This document shows, in pieces, positions 26,114-39,719 of a DNA stretch of 64,000 bases. The notes below the pieces were generated by a model. That model had not been told where the DNA came from and did not search any database. It was given only the letters and a program-made list of their open reading frames with translations. The DNA lies in contig JAAOMT010000481.1 in NCBI GenBank assembly GCA_016748015.1, forward strand, positions 12,583 through 76,582. Direction: 5' to 3'. Position 1 is the first letter of the stretch, and every line of letters starts with the position of its first letter. The position numbers and the translations under genes are program-made. This DNA is from Geosiphon pyriformis uo1. Lineage: Eukaryota; Fungi; Glomeromycota.

Positions 26114-26859
26114 AATTAAATTTTTATTTTATTGTTTTTATGTTTTATTATTTTTATTAATAAATTTTAAATATTAATAAAATAATAATATTATTATTTA
26201 ATACTTAATAAAATATAATTTAATTGTATTTTATAAATATAAAGATAAAACATTAATATTATATTTTAATAATTTATTTAAAATCAATTAACAAAATTTT
26301 ATTATTATTAATATGTATATTTTAATATTATTTATTTAAAAACAACAATAAAGTAGTTAAAAATAAATAAAATTTATATATTTTTTATATATAGTAAACT
26401 TTTTTATGGTTTTTTTTGGTTATAGTTATTATTTTTTATAATCACATTTTTTTAAAAACCAAAACTATTTATAAATAATATTATCGTTTTATAGTTATTT
26501 TTACTATATATTTTTTTTTATAATGTTTATTTTTATAAACACAATTGCAAAATATAAGTAATTTTTATTTTTTATAATCATATTGTGGCTCAAATGTTAT
26601 TTTGTTTTAAATATTATTATGTAAAATATTTCAGATATTATAAAGTGTTTTTAATTATAAAAAATGCTCCAAATATTATTTTAAAATGCCAACTCTATTT
26701 TGTATTTAAGTATTATAATAATAAGACTTATATTAATCTATTATTGTTTATTTTATTCATAAATTTATTATTATTAATATAATTCTAAAGATTATAATAT
26801 GCTAATTATTGTAAAATAATATATTTTGCTTGGTCTTAGTGGTAAATATTAAATAATTG

Positions 26860-27270
26860 CTTAAGAATTTAATTAGCATTACTATAATAATTGTTATAAC
26901 TATTCAAAAGTAAATTACTATTGCCATATTAATTTTTAAGACTATTTAAAAATAAGTAAATTTAATTATTATTGTTGTATTAATTATTATAGTTATTTAG
27001 AAATAAATAAATTTGATTTATATTAATATTAATTGTTATAGCTGTTTAGAGATAAGTAAAATAAATATTATTACAGTATTGATTATTAAAGCTCTTTAAA
27101 AATAAATAAATCTGACTATTATTATTATATTAATTGTTAAAATTATTATTATTATATTAATTATTAAAACTGTCTAAAAATAAGTGAATTTGATTATTAT
27201 TAATATATTAATTATCAAAACTGTTTAGAAGTAAATAAATCTGAATACTATTATAATATTAATTATCATA
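26860..27270. repeat. Degenerate ~45-bp tandem repeat, probably a decayed coding repeat of a retroelement
   Basis: Recurring aaataagtaaatttgattattatt..tattaattgtta..ctgtttag-like units. Confidence 0.55.
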
Positions 27271-27949
27271 TTACCAATTTTATAAACAGAATTTATTGAA
27301 ATTATAAACATATTATTAAGTGTTTTTAAAATAAAAAAATAAATTATTAAATATTTTTATTAGCTATAGTGTTTGGATAATTAATATAGGTATTTTTGTG
27401 TTTAAAAAATTTGTAATATAATATTATACTATTTTTTATGCAATTATACAAGTATACAAAAAATCAAATTAACAGCTTTTATTATTAATTATCAATTGTA
27501 AATAAAAATAGACAAGAGACAAAAAGTATTACAAATATATTATAAAAATTAAATTTTTTTTACCAAAAATTTGTTATTTTTTATACTTAAAATTCTATAA
27601 TTCATATGATTTTATTTGCAAAATAATATTAAAAAAAGTTTTTTATTATTAAGAAAATATTACAAAATTCAATTATTATTATTAAGATATTAAAATATCA
27701 TATATTTAAAATAAATTAATAATAGAAAATAATAAAACTAATTTGTTATTAAAAAACATAATTATACAAATCCAAATATACTGTAAAATATAAAATATTA
27801 AGTATATTAAATTAAAATCTTTATTTTTATAATTTGAAGCATTTTTTATAATTTAAAATATTTTATATGTCAAATTAAATATAAAGTATCTTAAATAATA
27901 TTTAAAGCAAAACAATATTTGAGACACAATAGATATATTAATACACTAT

Positions 27950-29530
27950 AAAAACAAAATATAATAAAAAGTATATAAACCAAAAACTATTGCTTTGTTC
28001 TTATAATATGCCAAAAAACACAAACCAAAAACAAGCAGCAGTTTTCTTAAAAACTAAAAAAAATTTTTGTTAATACAAACTAAAACATTTTTATTACTTA
28101 ATACAAACTAATTAAAATATTTAACCTAAAAATTAATCACTCTATTGTGACAAAAACACTTATAAAATTAAACTAATAATTTAAAAAATATATATTTAAC
28201 AACTTTGATTAATTAACAAAAGACAGAAAAAAAATGTTTCTAAAGATAAATAATATATTAAAAGAATAAATATTTAAAATACTAATTATTAATTGTAATT
28301 TTATAAAAAAAATTTTACAAATAAATATATTTAAGTTTGCCCAAAAGTTTTTGAAAGAAAATAACTTTAAAACATTAAATAATTGATTAGAAAAGTTTAA
28401 AAAATGACATAATTTGTATTATATTAAGATATATGACAAAGCAAACAGTGTTTTTTTAAAAATTTTACCAAAAAAATGAGAATAATTGTATAAAATTATC
28501 AGTAAATATAATCTAAATAATGTTTATAATACTAATAATATAAAATTATTCTTTAAAATATTATTAAATACAACTTTAATAATAAGATCTACTTTTAATA
28601 TCAAGCATAATAAAAGTCAGATTATTATACTTTTTGTTTATAATACAACAGATAGTATTAAGTTGCAGTTCTTATTTATTGACAAAACTGCAAAGCTATA
28701 ATTTTTTTACAATATTAACATAAATATACTTCTAATTACTTATTACTACAATATAAAAACATAAATGCAAACAGATATTTTAATGAATAACTTAATATAT
28801 TAAATAAAAAAATATGCTGTTAAAAAAAAGTTATTATTGCTCAATAATATTAGTTTTCATAATAAAAAATTTTCTATATTATTTAATATTATGAATAAAT
28901 ATTTACTATTCAATACAACATTCGATTTACAATTATTAAATGTAAAAATTATTGTATTTTTTAAGACATAATATTAAAAGCTGTTTTTTTATTATTTTAT
29001 TAATCAGTATAATAACAAAATTTCAGTATTGACAGTAATATTAAAAAATATAATTGACTTTTTAATTGATACATGGTTAACAGTAATAATAATTGCAATC
29101 CAAAACTGTTGATATTATACAGAAATTTTGGATAATAGCCAAATTTTAGTTTATCTATTAGATATTAAACAAAAACTTTTACAAAAAGTATAGATTCTTA
29201 TTAAGCATGTTATTATTAACAAGCTGTTAGCAATAAACTTTATTAATATTAACAAATTCGAATTATTATTTACTTATATCTTAGAAAATAAATTATGAAT
29301 CTTATTAATAGCAAATATAATAGAAATTTTAATGCAAATGAAGATTTAAAAAGTAAAAATAAACTTATATTATTGCTATCTATATATTAAAGTAAAATTG
29401 CACTTAAAGATATACTACATTATTGTAAAAAACAATATAGTAAAAAGTTGGCTCAAATTTTCTTAAAACTTTAAGAATATGAATTCGTGATACTGTTTTT
29501 AAAGTTTAATAAAAAAAAAACAGCTGCAAA
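27950..29530 (+). mobile_element. pogo/Tigger (CENP-B HTH + DDE_1) transposase relic
   Basis: FKTLNN*LEKFKK*HNL (GWLEKFKKRH), KYNLNNVYNTNNIKLFF (VYNADETGLFF), KSQIIILFVYNTTDS (KxRITILxxxNATG), KLLLLNNISFH (LLLDNxxxH). Confidence 0.8.
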
Positions 29531-31824
29531 TTTTTTTTTTATTTGCTTAACAAGTGCAGTCCAAAAACAATCTAGTACTATACATCAAAAAAATGATCTA
29601 AACTAGATGTTAATCATGCATTTTCTACACGTGACTAGTCATTCAGACCAATCAAGAACACACTGTGCTAAAACAATATGAAGTGAAAATAATCCCAACT
29701 CACGAATTTTTTTAATAATACCATTCAGATTCCTAGAATCAAAAATAAACTCACTAAAAAATAATCTAGTAAATTCAATACTACTCCTAATCTTAGCACC
29801 TGACATCTACCACAAAGCTATAACATGCTCAACAGTGTTTTCACTCAAAAGAGAAGGTTTGGTGGCTTGTATATCATCATAATCCATGCCACCAAAGTCA
29901 ACTTCAGATCTAAGACAAGCAATGTTCTTAGACACACCAACCATAAAACTGGCAAAATTATTAGAAGCATATTTCATAGAAAGGAGATCTTTTTCAATCT
30001 GAACAGCTTTAACAGCATTATTATCAAAAAGACAAGATACCAAGACAACCAAAGAGCCAACAGGCTTAACAATAGACTTTACCAAAGCAGCCAAATCCGA
30101 AATTTGCTTTTCCGAAAAAGTTCAATCTGAACCTAACAGCAGGATCAACAATAGCCACAGAAGAGGCAGAAGCCACCAAAGAAGGAAATTCAGACATAAC
30201 AGAAGGAGCAGATGCCTTAGCATAAGACAAAGAACCAACAAAGCATGGTTTAAACATCTTGGGAGCCTTAAGAAAAGGAGATAAAGCAACTTTACAATCT
30301 ACAACCAAGTGACCTGTTTCTTGACACCAAAAACAATGCTGACAATCAGGAGTCTTCCACCAAATACAGCACTTTCTAAGTATACCAGTTTTGACAACAG
30401 CAAGATCCAAATCAGCTTGGGAGCCAAACATAACCAGAGCAAAGCGGAAATGATGACCAGAATCAGAAAACTGAGGAATGAAACAAAACTGGCCACCAAC
30501 CTGAGAAATCATATCACTGATTTCAAAGACAGTACAACCAGAAGGAAGGTTGACCAACTTGGCCTTAAACTTATTATGAGACAAAATAGTCTCATTTTAA
30601 TTTACCAGAGAGAGAATTCTAATACTATCCTTGTCCACCAAAACTGACCAATGATTCAAAGCAGATACAGCAGAGTCCAACTTTTTAAAATAAACTACCA
30701 CATACTGCCAAACACCAGCAGGCTTTAGCACAACACAAGTAACACTACCAAACACACTGAGAGCTGTCTTAATGTCAGCAGCAGACATACCCAAGGGCAT
30801 ATCACACAGTACAACAGCAGCAAAAAGGGAACCAGACTCAGAAATTATTAAAGACTTGGCAATTTTGAGGGAGGCCAAATGTACAGAGCTTGTAAGCTCA
30901 ACCAAGAATACAGCTTTCAAAAACACTTGAGAAACAAACTCCACATAAAACAGCTTCACATTGTCTTTTAATACTGATTTCGCACTCAAAAAACCATGTA
31001 TTGACTGAAACACAGTCTTAACATAAGCCAATTTGATCTTAAAAGTAGCACCAGACACCAGAGTAGAGGCCACCTATCCAGCAAACTTTTGACGACTAGT
31101 AATAGTTTCCCAAGCATCACCAGAAGCAGTACTAGAAATTAGAAGAGAAGATGAATCAGTTTCTATTTGATTAGTCCAGTTCTCAAGAACAGGTGACTCA
31201 ACAGAAGGAGATTGTTTTGCTTCCAGAACCAGCAAAGATCTGCCAGAAGACTCCACATTTGGCAACACAGCCAGTAATTAATCTTGGCCTATCTTGAATG
31301 ACATGCCAGATGATGCTCTGAAGATCTTATCTAAGATTTCATTGGAAACCACAAAGGAGTTTGGTGTAACAATAGCAAAGGCAAGTGACTGTCCCCACTT
31401 CTCTGAACTTTTGGTCTTTTTAACCATTTTTTTGAAGAGGTGGTATTAGCAACACCAAGTGTTGAATCTATAGAAGGAAAAACCAGCTTATTTACTGGTC
31501 TATTATTAAAAACTTTTGGGCTCTTGGTTGGGGTGGAGGCAACACTGGGACTAACCCAAGTGTGTTTCTTTGAGGGAACTTTGACTGGTAAAAAACCAGC
31601 CAAAGATGAGGAAGTTGCTTCAATGGTCACCAAAAGCAGCTTATTACGATTACTGGGTAAGAAGAAAACTTCTAAAACGTTTTGCCTAGTTGTTTCTACA
31701 ACAGAGAAAGCTTCTCTGGTTGAAATTTTATTAGATATCTCAGAACAGATATCAGATGCAGCTTTTTTACTCTTTGCTTTGGTCGTGGTCATAAAATTAA
31801 GAAGACAAAGAGTTTTTTTTTTTT
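29531..31824 (-). mobile_element. ORF1-only non-LTR retroelement (HAL1-like): RRM-RRM-CCHC ORF1, 3' UTR, poly(A)
   Basis: Fragmented ORF1 (31792-~29660) with RRM-like segments and CFWCQETGHLVVDC knuckle. It is followed directly by a ~130-nt 3' UTR and A10 (T10 at 29531-29540 on +). No endonuclease or RT. Confidence 0.85.
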
Positions 31825-31935
31825 AATTTTTATTTAATTAATTATAAAAAATCTTGCAAATAAATAGCTTTTTCGAATATTAAAAATAAAAAATATATTA
31901 AATAAATTAAAATTTACACTTTTTTTTAAATATAA

Positions 31936-32162
31936 TACATCAAAAAGTTTTAAAATTAATAAATAACTGGTTAAATATTTATGTTACTGTTTTTATACTT
32001 TTTATTAATATGTTCATTTTTTAAAAATAAATAATTTGTTAATCAATATTATTAATATCTTATTATTCAACTTAAAAAAAATGAACATACTAATAAAAAG
32101 TATAAAAACAGAAACAAAAATATTAAACTTGTTATTCATTAATTTCAAAACTTTTTGATGTA
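31936..32162. mobile_element. Fold-back MITE-like element, ~90-bp arms, TA-bounded
   Basis: tacatcaaaaagttttaaaattaat...gttcattttttaa is the imperfect reverse complement of ttaaaaaaaatgaac...aaactttttgatgta. Confidence 0.8.
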
Positions 32163-33059
32163 GTTTTATAAATATTTAATATATTTAATTAGTTATTATA
32201 TTATACATATAATATATAAATTATATAACAAGATATTAATCATTTTCTATGATTGTATTTTTTAATAGTTACTATAAATATACCAACCAAAAAATGTAAT
32301 TATAAAGAAAGTTTACAATATAACTAAACATAAATTTAATTAAAATTAAACTATATTGAATTTACAAAAAAAACTTAATTATAATTAAATTTTTACTATT
32401 AAAATACAAATTAAATAACTATATAATAAGTTTATTTGTATTTAATTTAATATTAAATGCTTAAAGCTTTCAAAAACTATTATTTTAATAAACTTTTTTT
32501 ATTAATAAAAAAATTTAAATTATTATTAAATATAGTATTATTTAGTAAATTATTTATATTATATTTCATCTTAAGATTAATAATTTTTTTACTTATATTA
32601 TTAACAATTTTTTTAAAAATAATAACATTTTTTCAATTACAAATATTTTTATTTTAATTTTTTAAAAAAATATAACTAAGAAAACCAAAAAACCAATTGA
32701 ATTTAATTTAATTAAGTTAAACTTTAAAGAAATCAACATAGAATTAATTACAAATTTACAACAAAAATAATAATTCAAAATTTAATACTTAAAACAACAT
32801 TAATATTTAAACATTTTTTATTAAATACAACTTTATTTTTAATACCAGTTTAACAATAGTAAAATTTAAATTAATTTATAAACCAAAAGTAAAAATAATA
32901 TATTTTAATTATTAACAAAATTAAAAACCAATTTGCTAATTTTAAAAGCAGTATAATTAACAAAAATTTATTAACTTGTTTTTAAATATATTATAAAAAA
33001 CAAAAATTTCAATATTATTTTTTATTATCAAAACTAATTTGCAAACAAAAATCGCTTTA

Positions 33060-33760
33060 CCAGCTATAAAAGTTTTAAATACATAATAACATATTGTTAT
33101 TAGCCAGCAAACTTTAAATATTTTTCTAAAAATTTTACCAAAAATATGTAAATTAATAATTTTTAAAATATTTTTTTATCTTTAATTAGTGGTATTTTTT
33201 AATCAAAGTTTTTTTAAAGAGATACATTAAGATTAATTTCAATATTGTTTTTATATTTTTAAGAATTTCAAAGTTTTTAATAATATGCTAGTTAATAAAT
33301 TAATCTTTTATTGTTTTTATTTTTATTATTACTATTACTTTACAAATAGCCAAAAAAACTAAAAACTTCAAAAAACAATAGCAGTTATTTATATTTACTA
33401 TTGTTATATTAAACTTTTTTGTAGTTTTAGATAAAATTTTGAATAAAATTACTTTATTAGTATTTAATTTTTTTTCTAATATAAATAATAACAACAATAA
33501 TATATCTTTTAAAATAAATCAAAATTAACTACTAATTATATTATTAAATATTATGTTTTTTAGCAGATTATTGTTAATTTTTAAAGCAAAATAACTTATT
33601 AAATTATCTAATTTTAAAAATTAGACTGATCAAATAGAAACTAAATTGACATTTCTTTTTTTGTTTTTTGGTATTATTTCTGATAATATTTAAAAACAAT
33701 TTTCAATTATTAAAAATTTTTTAAGTAAATAATCTCTATTTTAATGTTTAATAATATATT
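33060..33760 (+). mobile_element. Decayed fragment of the ORF1-only element family
   Basis: KVFNNMLVNKLIF and FFSRLLLIFKAK...KN*TDQIETK match KVFNNRPVNKLVF and SSGRSLLVLEAK...ENWTNQIETD. Confidence 0.65.
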
Positions 33761-34759
33761 CAAAATTAAATTAAATTACTGTCTGATTTTATTAAGCTTA
33801 AATTAATTTCAAAAAACAATGTTAAATTGTTTTGTATGGATTTTGCTTTTAAATTTTTTAATTGTTAATAATTTGTTTTTAATTATATTTAAGATTGTAA
33901 AATTTTTTGTAATATATTTTAATTTTTTTATTTTTGCTGTACTTTATAATATTTTTTTTGACATATCTTTTAATAACATTAAAATGTTTTTGGTATTTTT
34001 GGTATTATTATTTTAGTTAAATTAAAGTTTGCTGATTTGTGATAATATGTTGTTCATTTTAAAAAAAAATTTTCTGTTGTTACTATTTTTAATAATTGAT
34101 CTGTACTAGTTAAAAAAAATAGTGTTAAATTTTTTTCTTTGTTTAACCAAAAAAAGTTATTATCTCAAAAAATTTTTAAAATTAAATTGTTTAATCTTTT
34201 TTTTAGTTGTATTTTCTACTTGTTCTAATACTTATAAAGTTTTTTTTCAAATAATATAATATTAAAACAGTTTTTAGCTATTGTTAAAACACTGTTTTTA
34301 GTTTTAAATTAGAGTTTTTTCTATTTAAAGTTTTTTTAAGCAATTAATTAGAATTTATTTTAGTATAATTATTATTATTATTATTATTAAAAATTCTAGA
34401 ATTATAATAATAAATTAATAATAAGACTGTTTTTTCTTTATATTTTTTGTAAATATTCAAAAAAGCAAAAAACAATTTTTTTAAACTTTAAATCCTAACT
34501 TAAAACAACTAATTTTTTTGAAATACTAAAAATATTGTTCTTTTTGGTGTTTTTTAAAACACTATTTTTACTTTAAAACTGTTTTTTTAATAAAAAATAA
34601 GACATTAACTTTATTCAATTTTTTGGTATTTACATTAATTTTATTGCAACTGTATTAATTTATATTGATTTTCAATCGGACTGTAAATAATATTTTTTTA
34701 TTTATATAATAGCAGTAACAACATATTTGTCAAGATTGGTTCTAATTAGTTTATGACTA

Positions 34760-35165
34760 AATTGCTTAATACATTAAATTTTTGTTAATTTTAATCAATT
34801 TTAGAAGCCAAACATATTATGTTTTTGTATAATACTTTAATAATTAATATATTAAATTTTTAAATTTTTAAAATTAGACTAATCTAATAAAAATTAAAGT
34901 GCTTTTTCTGTTTTTAAGAATATTATCTCTGGTAATATTTAAAAATTACTATAAATTGGTTAAAGTTTTTTAATTAAATGGCTTTTATTTTAGTGCTTAG
35001 TAAAACTATTAAGATTAAATTGGCTTATATTAAGATTATTTTCTAGTTTTTGTATAGTTTTTTGATTTAAAATTAACAGCAAAAAAAAAGTCAAACTTTT
35101 TTATATAAAATTTGTATTTTAAACTTTCTTAAATGCTGTTTTGCTGCTAAATTACTTTATTTTTG
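34760..35165 (+). mobile_element. Decayed fragment of the ORF1-only element family
   Basis: MAFILVLSKTIKIKLAYIKIIF matches MASTLVSGATFKIKLAYVKTVF. Confidence 0.65.
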
Positions 35166-36372
35166 GTTTAAAAAATAAAAAAGTATTTATTAAATTAAAT
35201 CTAAATAATCAATTATGTATTGTAAATAAACATAAGTCAAATCTATAGTGTATCATTTAAAAATAAAAACAATATAAATTTTTGGTAAGATTACACTTAA
35301 TTAAAACAAATAAATAATAATTATTATTATTGTTTTAAAAATTATTTTTAGAATTTTTAGAACCAAAGTATTTTGTTATGAGATTTTCTACTTTAATAAA
35401 AAGCTTTTAAAACTATTAAAAATTAACAAGCAAATAAATTAAAACTAATTAAAACAATTCTCTAAGACTTAAATTATCAAATTTTTTATGATTAAAACTA
35501 GATAATAATTGGTTAAAAAACTTGGATTTTATATTAGTCTATAATAATTTTTTTAACAATTTAAAAATATATTGTATCATTAAAAACAAAGAAATTATTA
35601 ACAATATTTGGTACTTTTTCCGAAAATTAATATATTTAAGAAATTATACAAAATAACAACTACTTTCAAACAAAAACTTAAAGTATTATTAACAATTTTA
35701 TATTTATTGCATATAAAAATTTAGAATTTTAAATAAAATTCTAATTATAAAATCCACTTTTTACAATTATCTTGAAAACAAATTTAATTCTTAATTTAAA
35801 ATCAATTTTAAAAATACATATCGAAAAAAATAGAAAGCAGTTCAAAATTTTATAAAAGTAACAACCAATACATGAAAACTGACTGTTAAAAACCAAAAGC
35901 TAAATTAAATAAAACAATACTTGCAATTATTTTATTTTTAATATTAAATATTTAAAAAAAATAAAAAGTAAAAACCCAAAAAACTTAGAAAAAAGCTTAA
36001 AAAAAGTAAAAGTATAATTATTTTATACTATATTGCCAAAATTTTCGAATTTTCAAAAAAAATCTTTTAATTAGCTTTTAAAAATAGTTAAATAAAGTTA
36101 CAAATGCCATTAAAGTTAATAGATAGAATTTAACCAAAGTCTTTAAAATAATTTTTTACTTTTTATAAAGAATAAACAGCTTTGTTTGATACTTAAGATG
36201 CTTTTTATAAATGGCAATAATTATATTACTTTCAAAATTGGTTTAAAAACATTGAATAACAAAAATCAAATTACATTTAATAAATACTTTTACTAATACT
36301 ATTAAAACAAATTTACAATAAAATAATTAATCTTTTTTGTTTAGCAAAATCTTATAATACACAATTTATTTA

Positions 36373-36543
36373 GGGAATTGCTAAATCGACCCACTCGCAA
36401 CACGTGATATTAATATATATTTAATTTTTTATTATGCCTTAACTAATTTATAATTAAAAAACACTTCGTTAATATATAGTTGAATACGAAGCTATGACGT
36501 AAATAATATCACGTGTTGCGGGTGGGTCGATTTAGCAATTCCC
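36373..36543. mobile_element. Young 171-bp MITE with 40-bp TIRs and 8-bp TSD
   Basis: GGGAATTGCTAAATCGACCCAC(T/C)CGCAACACGTGATATTA inverted at both ends with one mismatch. TTTATTTA is directly repeated at 36365-36372 and 36544-36551. Confidence 0.92.
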
Positions 36544-37739
36544 TTTATTTATATTTATTTAGATTCAAATATTTAAAAATAAAGCATTAAAATTTTTCAA
36601 CCAATATTCTTAATAATTCAAATATTTTTTCTTTTAAATTTAAAACTAATAAATTTTAATAATACAGTAATATTGTATTAAAAAACTAATATAATAATAT
36701 ATACTGAATGTAATAGTGTAAAAAAATGATTAAAATAAATTTAATTATTAAAATATTATTATTTATAATTAATAAAACAACTAAGCCAAAATATTAATAA
36801 ATTAGCTCAAAAAATTACTGTTGTAACAAATAGTAGAAAGAAAATTACAATTATAAAATTAATTAAAATTTTAATAATAATTTTTTATAATAGTAAATAT
36901 TACTTAAAAATAATTGTCTTTTAAAGTAAATATCAATTCAAATTTTTTATACAAAAACAATTTATAAAAATACAAAATATTTATAATATTTTTAATAAAT
37001 ATTTAAAAAATGTTTTCATATTTAAATTTGAAAAAAACCAATTATAAAAACATTTTTAAAATTATACTTATAAATAAATAAAACAGAATATATATTTTTT
37101 AAGAATTTATTTTAAAAAAACTACATATATATCATATTGATTTCAAATACCAATTGGTAATAATTAATTTTATTCAAATTATGTTTTAATAATAATTAAA
37201 AAAACCATAATTTAAAAAAATTATAAAATTTATACATATTATTATTTTAAAGCCAAAAATAAAATAATTAAATAATAATATAATAAAAAACTAAAAAATT
37301 CAATTATAATAATAGTTTAATATAATATACATTAATTCAAAAAACATTATAAATTTTAAAAATTGGCTATTTTTCTGGTTTTTTGAATTTAATTAATAAT
37401 CAATATAATATAATTACTATTTAAATATAATTATATATAACTAAAACTTAAGTATATTAATTATTAAAAATAGATTAAACTTCTTAAATGTTTTAATTTA
37501 AGATTATAATAATTTTTAACAATTAAATATTATTAATAATTATAATTAAAACTTTTATTAAATAATAATTATTTTAAATAAAAATTGTCTATTTTATTAG
37601 TGATTATAGTATAAATATTACATAATTAATTTATAATTTAATTAGTTTATAAATTGTTTGATAATAATACTATTTATTAAACTGTTGTTTAAAATAAGTT
37701 TAATAAATTAATTATTAATTTTAATATTAGTATATATAT

Positions 37740-38320
37740 ATGTAACTTTTACTTTTTAATTTTACTTCCTTACTTAATCATAAGTAGTTATATATATTAG
37801 TTAATAATGTAATTAATTAGCCATTTTATTTTTTAAAAAAATTATTAATGTAATTTTAACTTAATAAATAATTTAATTATTGATTTAATTATTAACTTGA
37901 TTATTAACTTAATTATTAATTTGATCATTGATCGAATTATTAATATAATTACTAATTTGATTATTAATTTTTTTTAAAAGTATATATATATAACTTTTCA
38001 AAGCAATAGAAATTTATTTTTACTTAGATTAAATTTATCTAAAACAAAAATCAATTCAATAATATATACTTTTTTATTTCTTTTTACTATTTTTTTGATT
38101 TGTATATTTATTAGTTTTTGTGAATATATTGAATAAATATTTACTAAAAATACAATTGATACTTAATATTGAATTCTAAAAGCATTAACATAAGATACAA
38201 AATTATACTAATGTATTATTTTTTATTAATAGTATAAACTACTCTTTTATTTTCAGACTTTTTTGTTATCTTTTAGAAAGAATAGCAACTAAAATATTTA
38301 TGAAACTGATCTTGTATATT
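37740..38320 (-). repeat. Dispersed repeat homologous to 6530-7000, with an expanded 12-bp minisatellite (ttgattattaac-like) at ~37850-37970
   Basis: Reverse-complement colinearity with 6530-7000; 12-bp periodicity is visible. Confidence 0.65.
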
Positions 38321-39719
38321 AAATCTTTATTAATTCAATTCATTTATAAAAGTTGAATTACATTTTTATTATTTTTTTAACTATATAATACTATTCTTCT
38401 TTGTAATTTATTAGGATATTATATCTAATTATAATATAAAAGTAGTATTTTCTGTAAAATTGGCAAGTTCTTAATCTATTTATTATTATATAAATAATTA
38501 CTTTTTTATCACAAAAAATTCAAGATTATATAATAGTTTATAATCAAAATAATTTAGTTTACATTAAACTTAATTTTTTTTATTCTGTTTTATTTGTTTT
38601 TTGTTAAAAAACAGTTTTATTAACAGTTCAAAATTTTTGAAATTAGTTTTTAATTAAGCATTTAGTCGAAACCTATTCAGTTTCTACTATTTACTTCTTT
38701 GATTAAGCATATTTTGAGAAAAAATTTGAAACAAGAAACAATTATATCAATTAATTAATATTTTCAGCTATTTTTAGGCAATATTTTCTTGAGTTTAAAG
38801 TTTTAAAATAATAAATTCATAATTTGAAAGGTTATTTTTTATTAACAATTAGTTTATGTTTTTTTTAAACAATTAATTTGTTTTATATAGATTTTAAATT
38901 CTGTATTTTTCTTTTTAAACTATTTTGCCTTATTTAATATTTAAATCAAAATTTTTTTATAATCTGAATAACTTTTTAAACATAAATTTGAATATATTAA
39001 ATACATAATTTGCAACAAATATTTAAAAGTTTAAAACATTAATTCGTAAAAAATTTGTATTTACTATTATAATTTTTTTATTTTGATTATTTAAATATAC
39101 ATATTTTTAAACAATTAATATTATCATATTATGAATAATAAAATTATAACACTAAATAAATCTTTTTTATAGTTAATTGCTTAATTTTTTAATAGAAAAT
39201 TCAAGTAGATAATTTTTAATTTTACTTGATTTTATGAATTTAATAAACAAACCTCTGATAATGTATAATTATTTTGATTATCATATTTATTTCTAACTTT
39301 ATTAACAATTTATAATTTATTAATTACACTATAAAAATATGTAGTAAACTCTAATTTGACTCTTAAATGCTTTATTTATTTAAGACTATTTGCCTTTTTT
39401 ATTTATACTATACTATTTGAAAGTTCAATGTTAAAATGAATAAAAATTAAACTTCATATCTAAAAACACCTTGAAAAACTTCTTTATTGTACTTAATACA
39501 AACTATCAATATAACAAAAATATATCAAGTTTTAACATATATCCCTTCAAATATAAGCATTATAAAAAAGCAGTTAAAGAAATAATTGTTTAAAAAGATC
39601 AATATAGTAAGATATTAATATTTTTTGCAGTATGTTTTCGTGCAATTAATGTTTTGAAATTACTCTTTTTGAAAGTTTCTAGTATTGAATTAAGTAAATA
39701 GCATATCTTTTTAAACTCA

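Larger units (their letters stand above)
19113..26370 (+). repeat. Segmental duplication block B, copy 1 (partner 48133-55140)
   Basis: Identity starts abruptly at tcgtgttccttcatagccgttggtgagc and continues through the gene and downstream TE relics. Confidence 0.95.

Noticed and set aside
26585-33497. Short I/L/F/K/N-rich ORFs in AT-rich DNA (and those within 55606-60060)
   Set aside because: Compositional artefacts or fragments of decayed transposons, not genes.
35200-37700. Probable decayed LTR-retroelement gag relics
   Set aside because: Too eroded to support boundaries or family.
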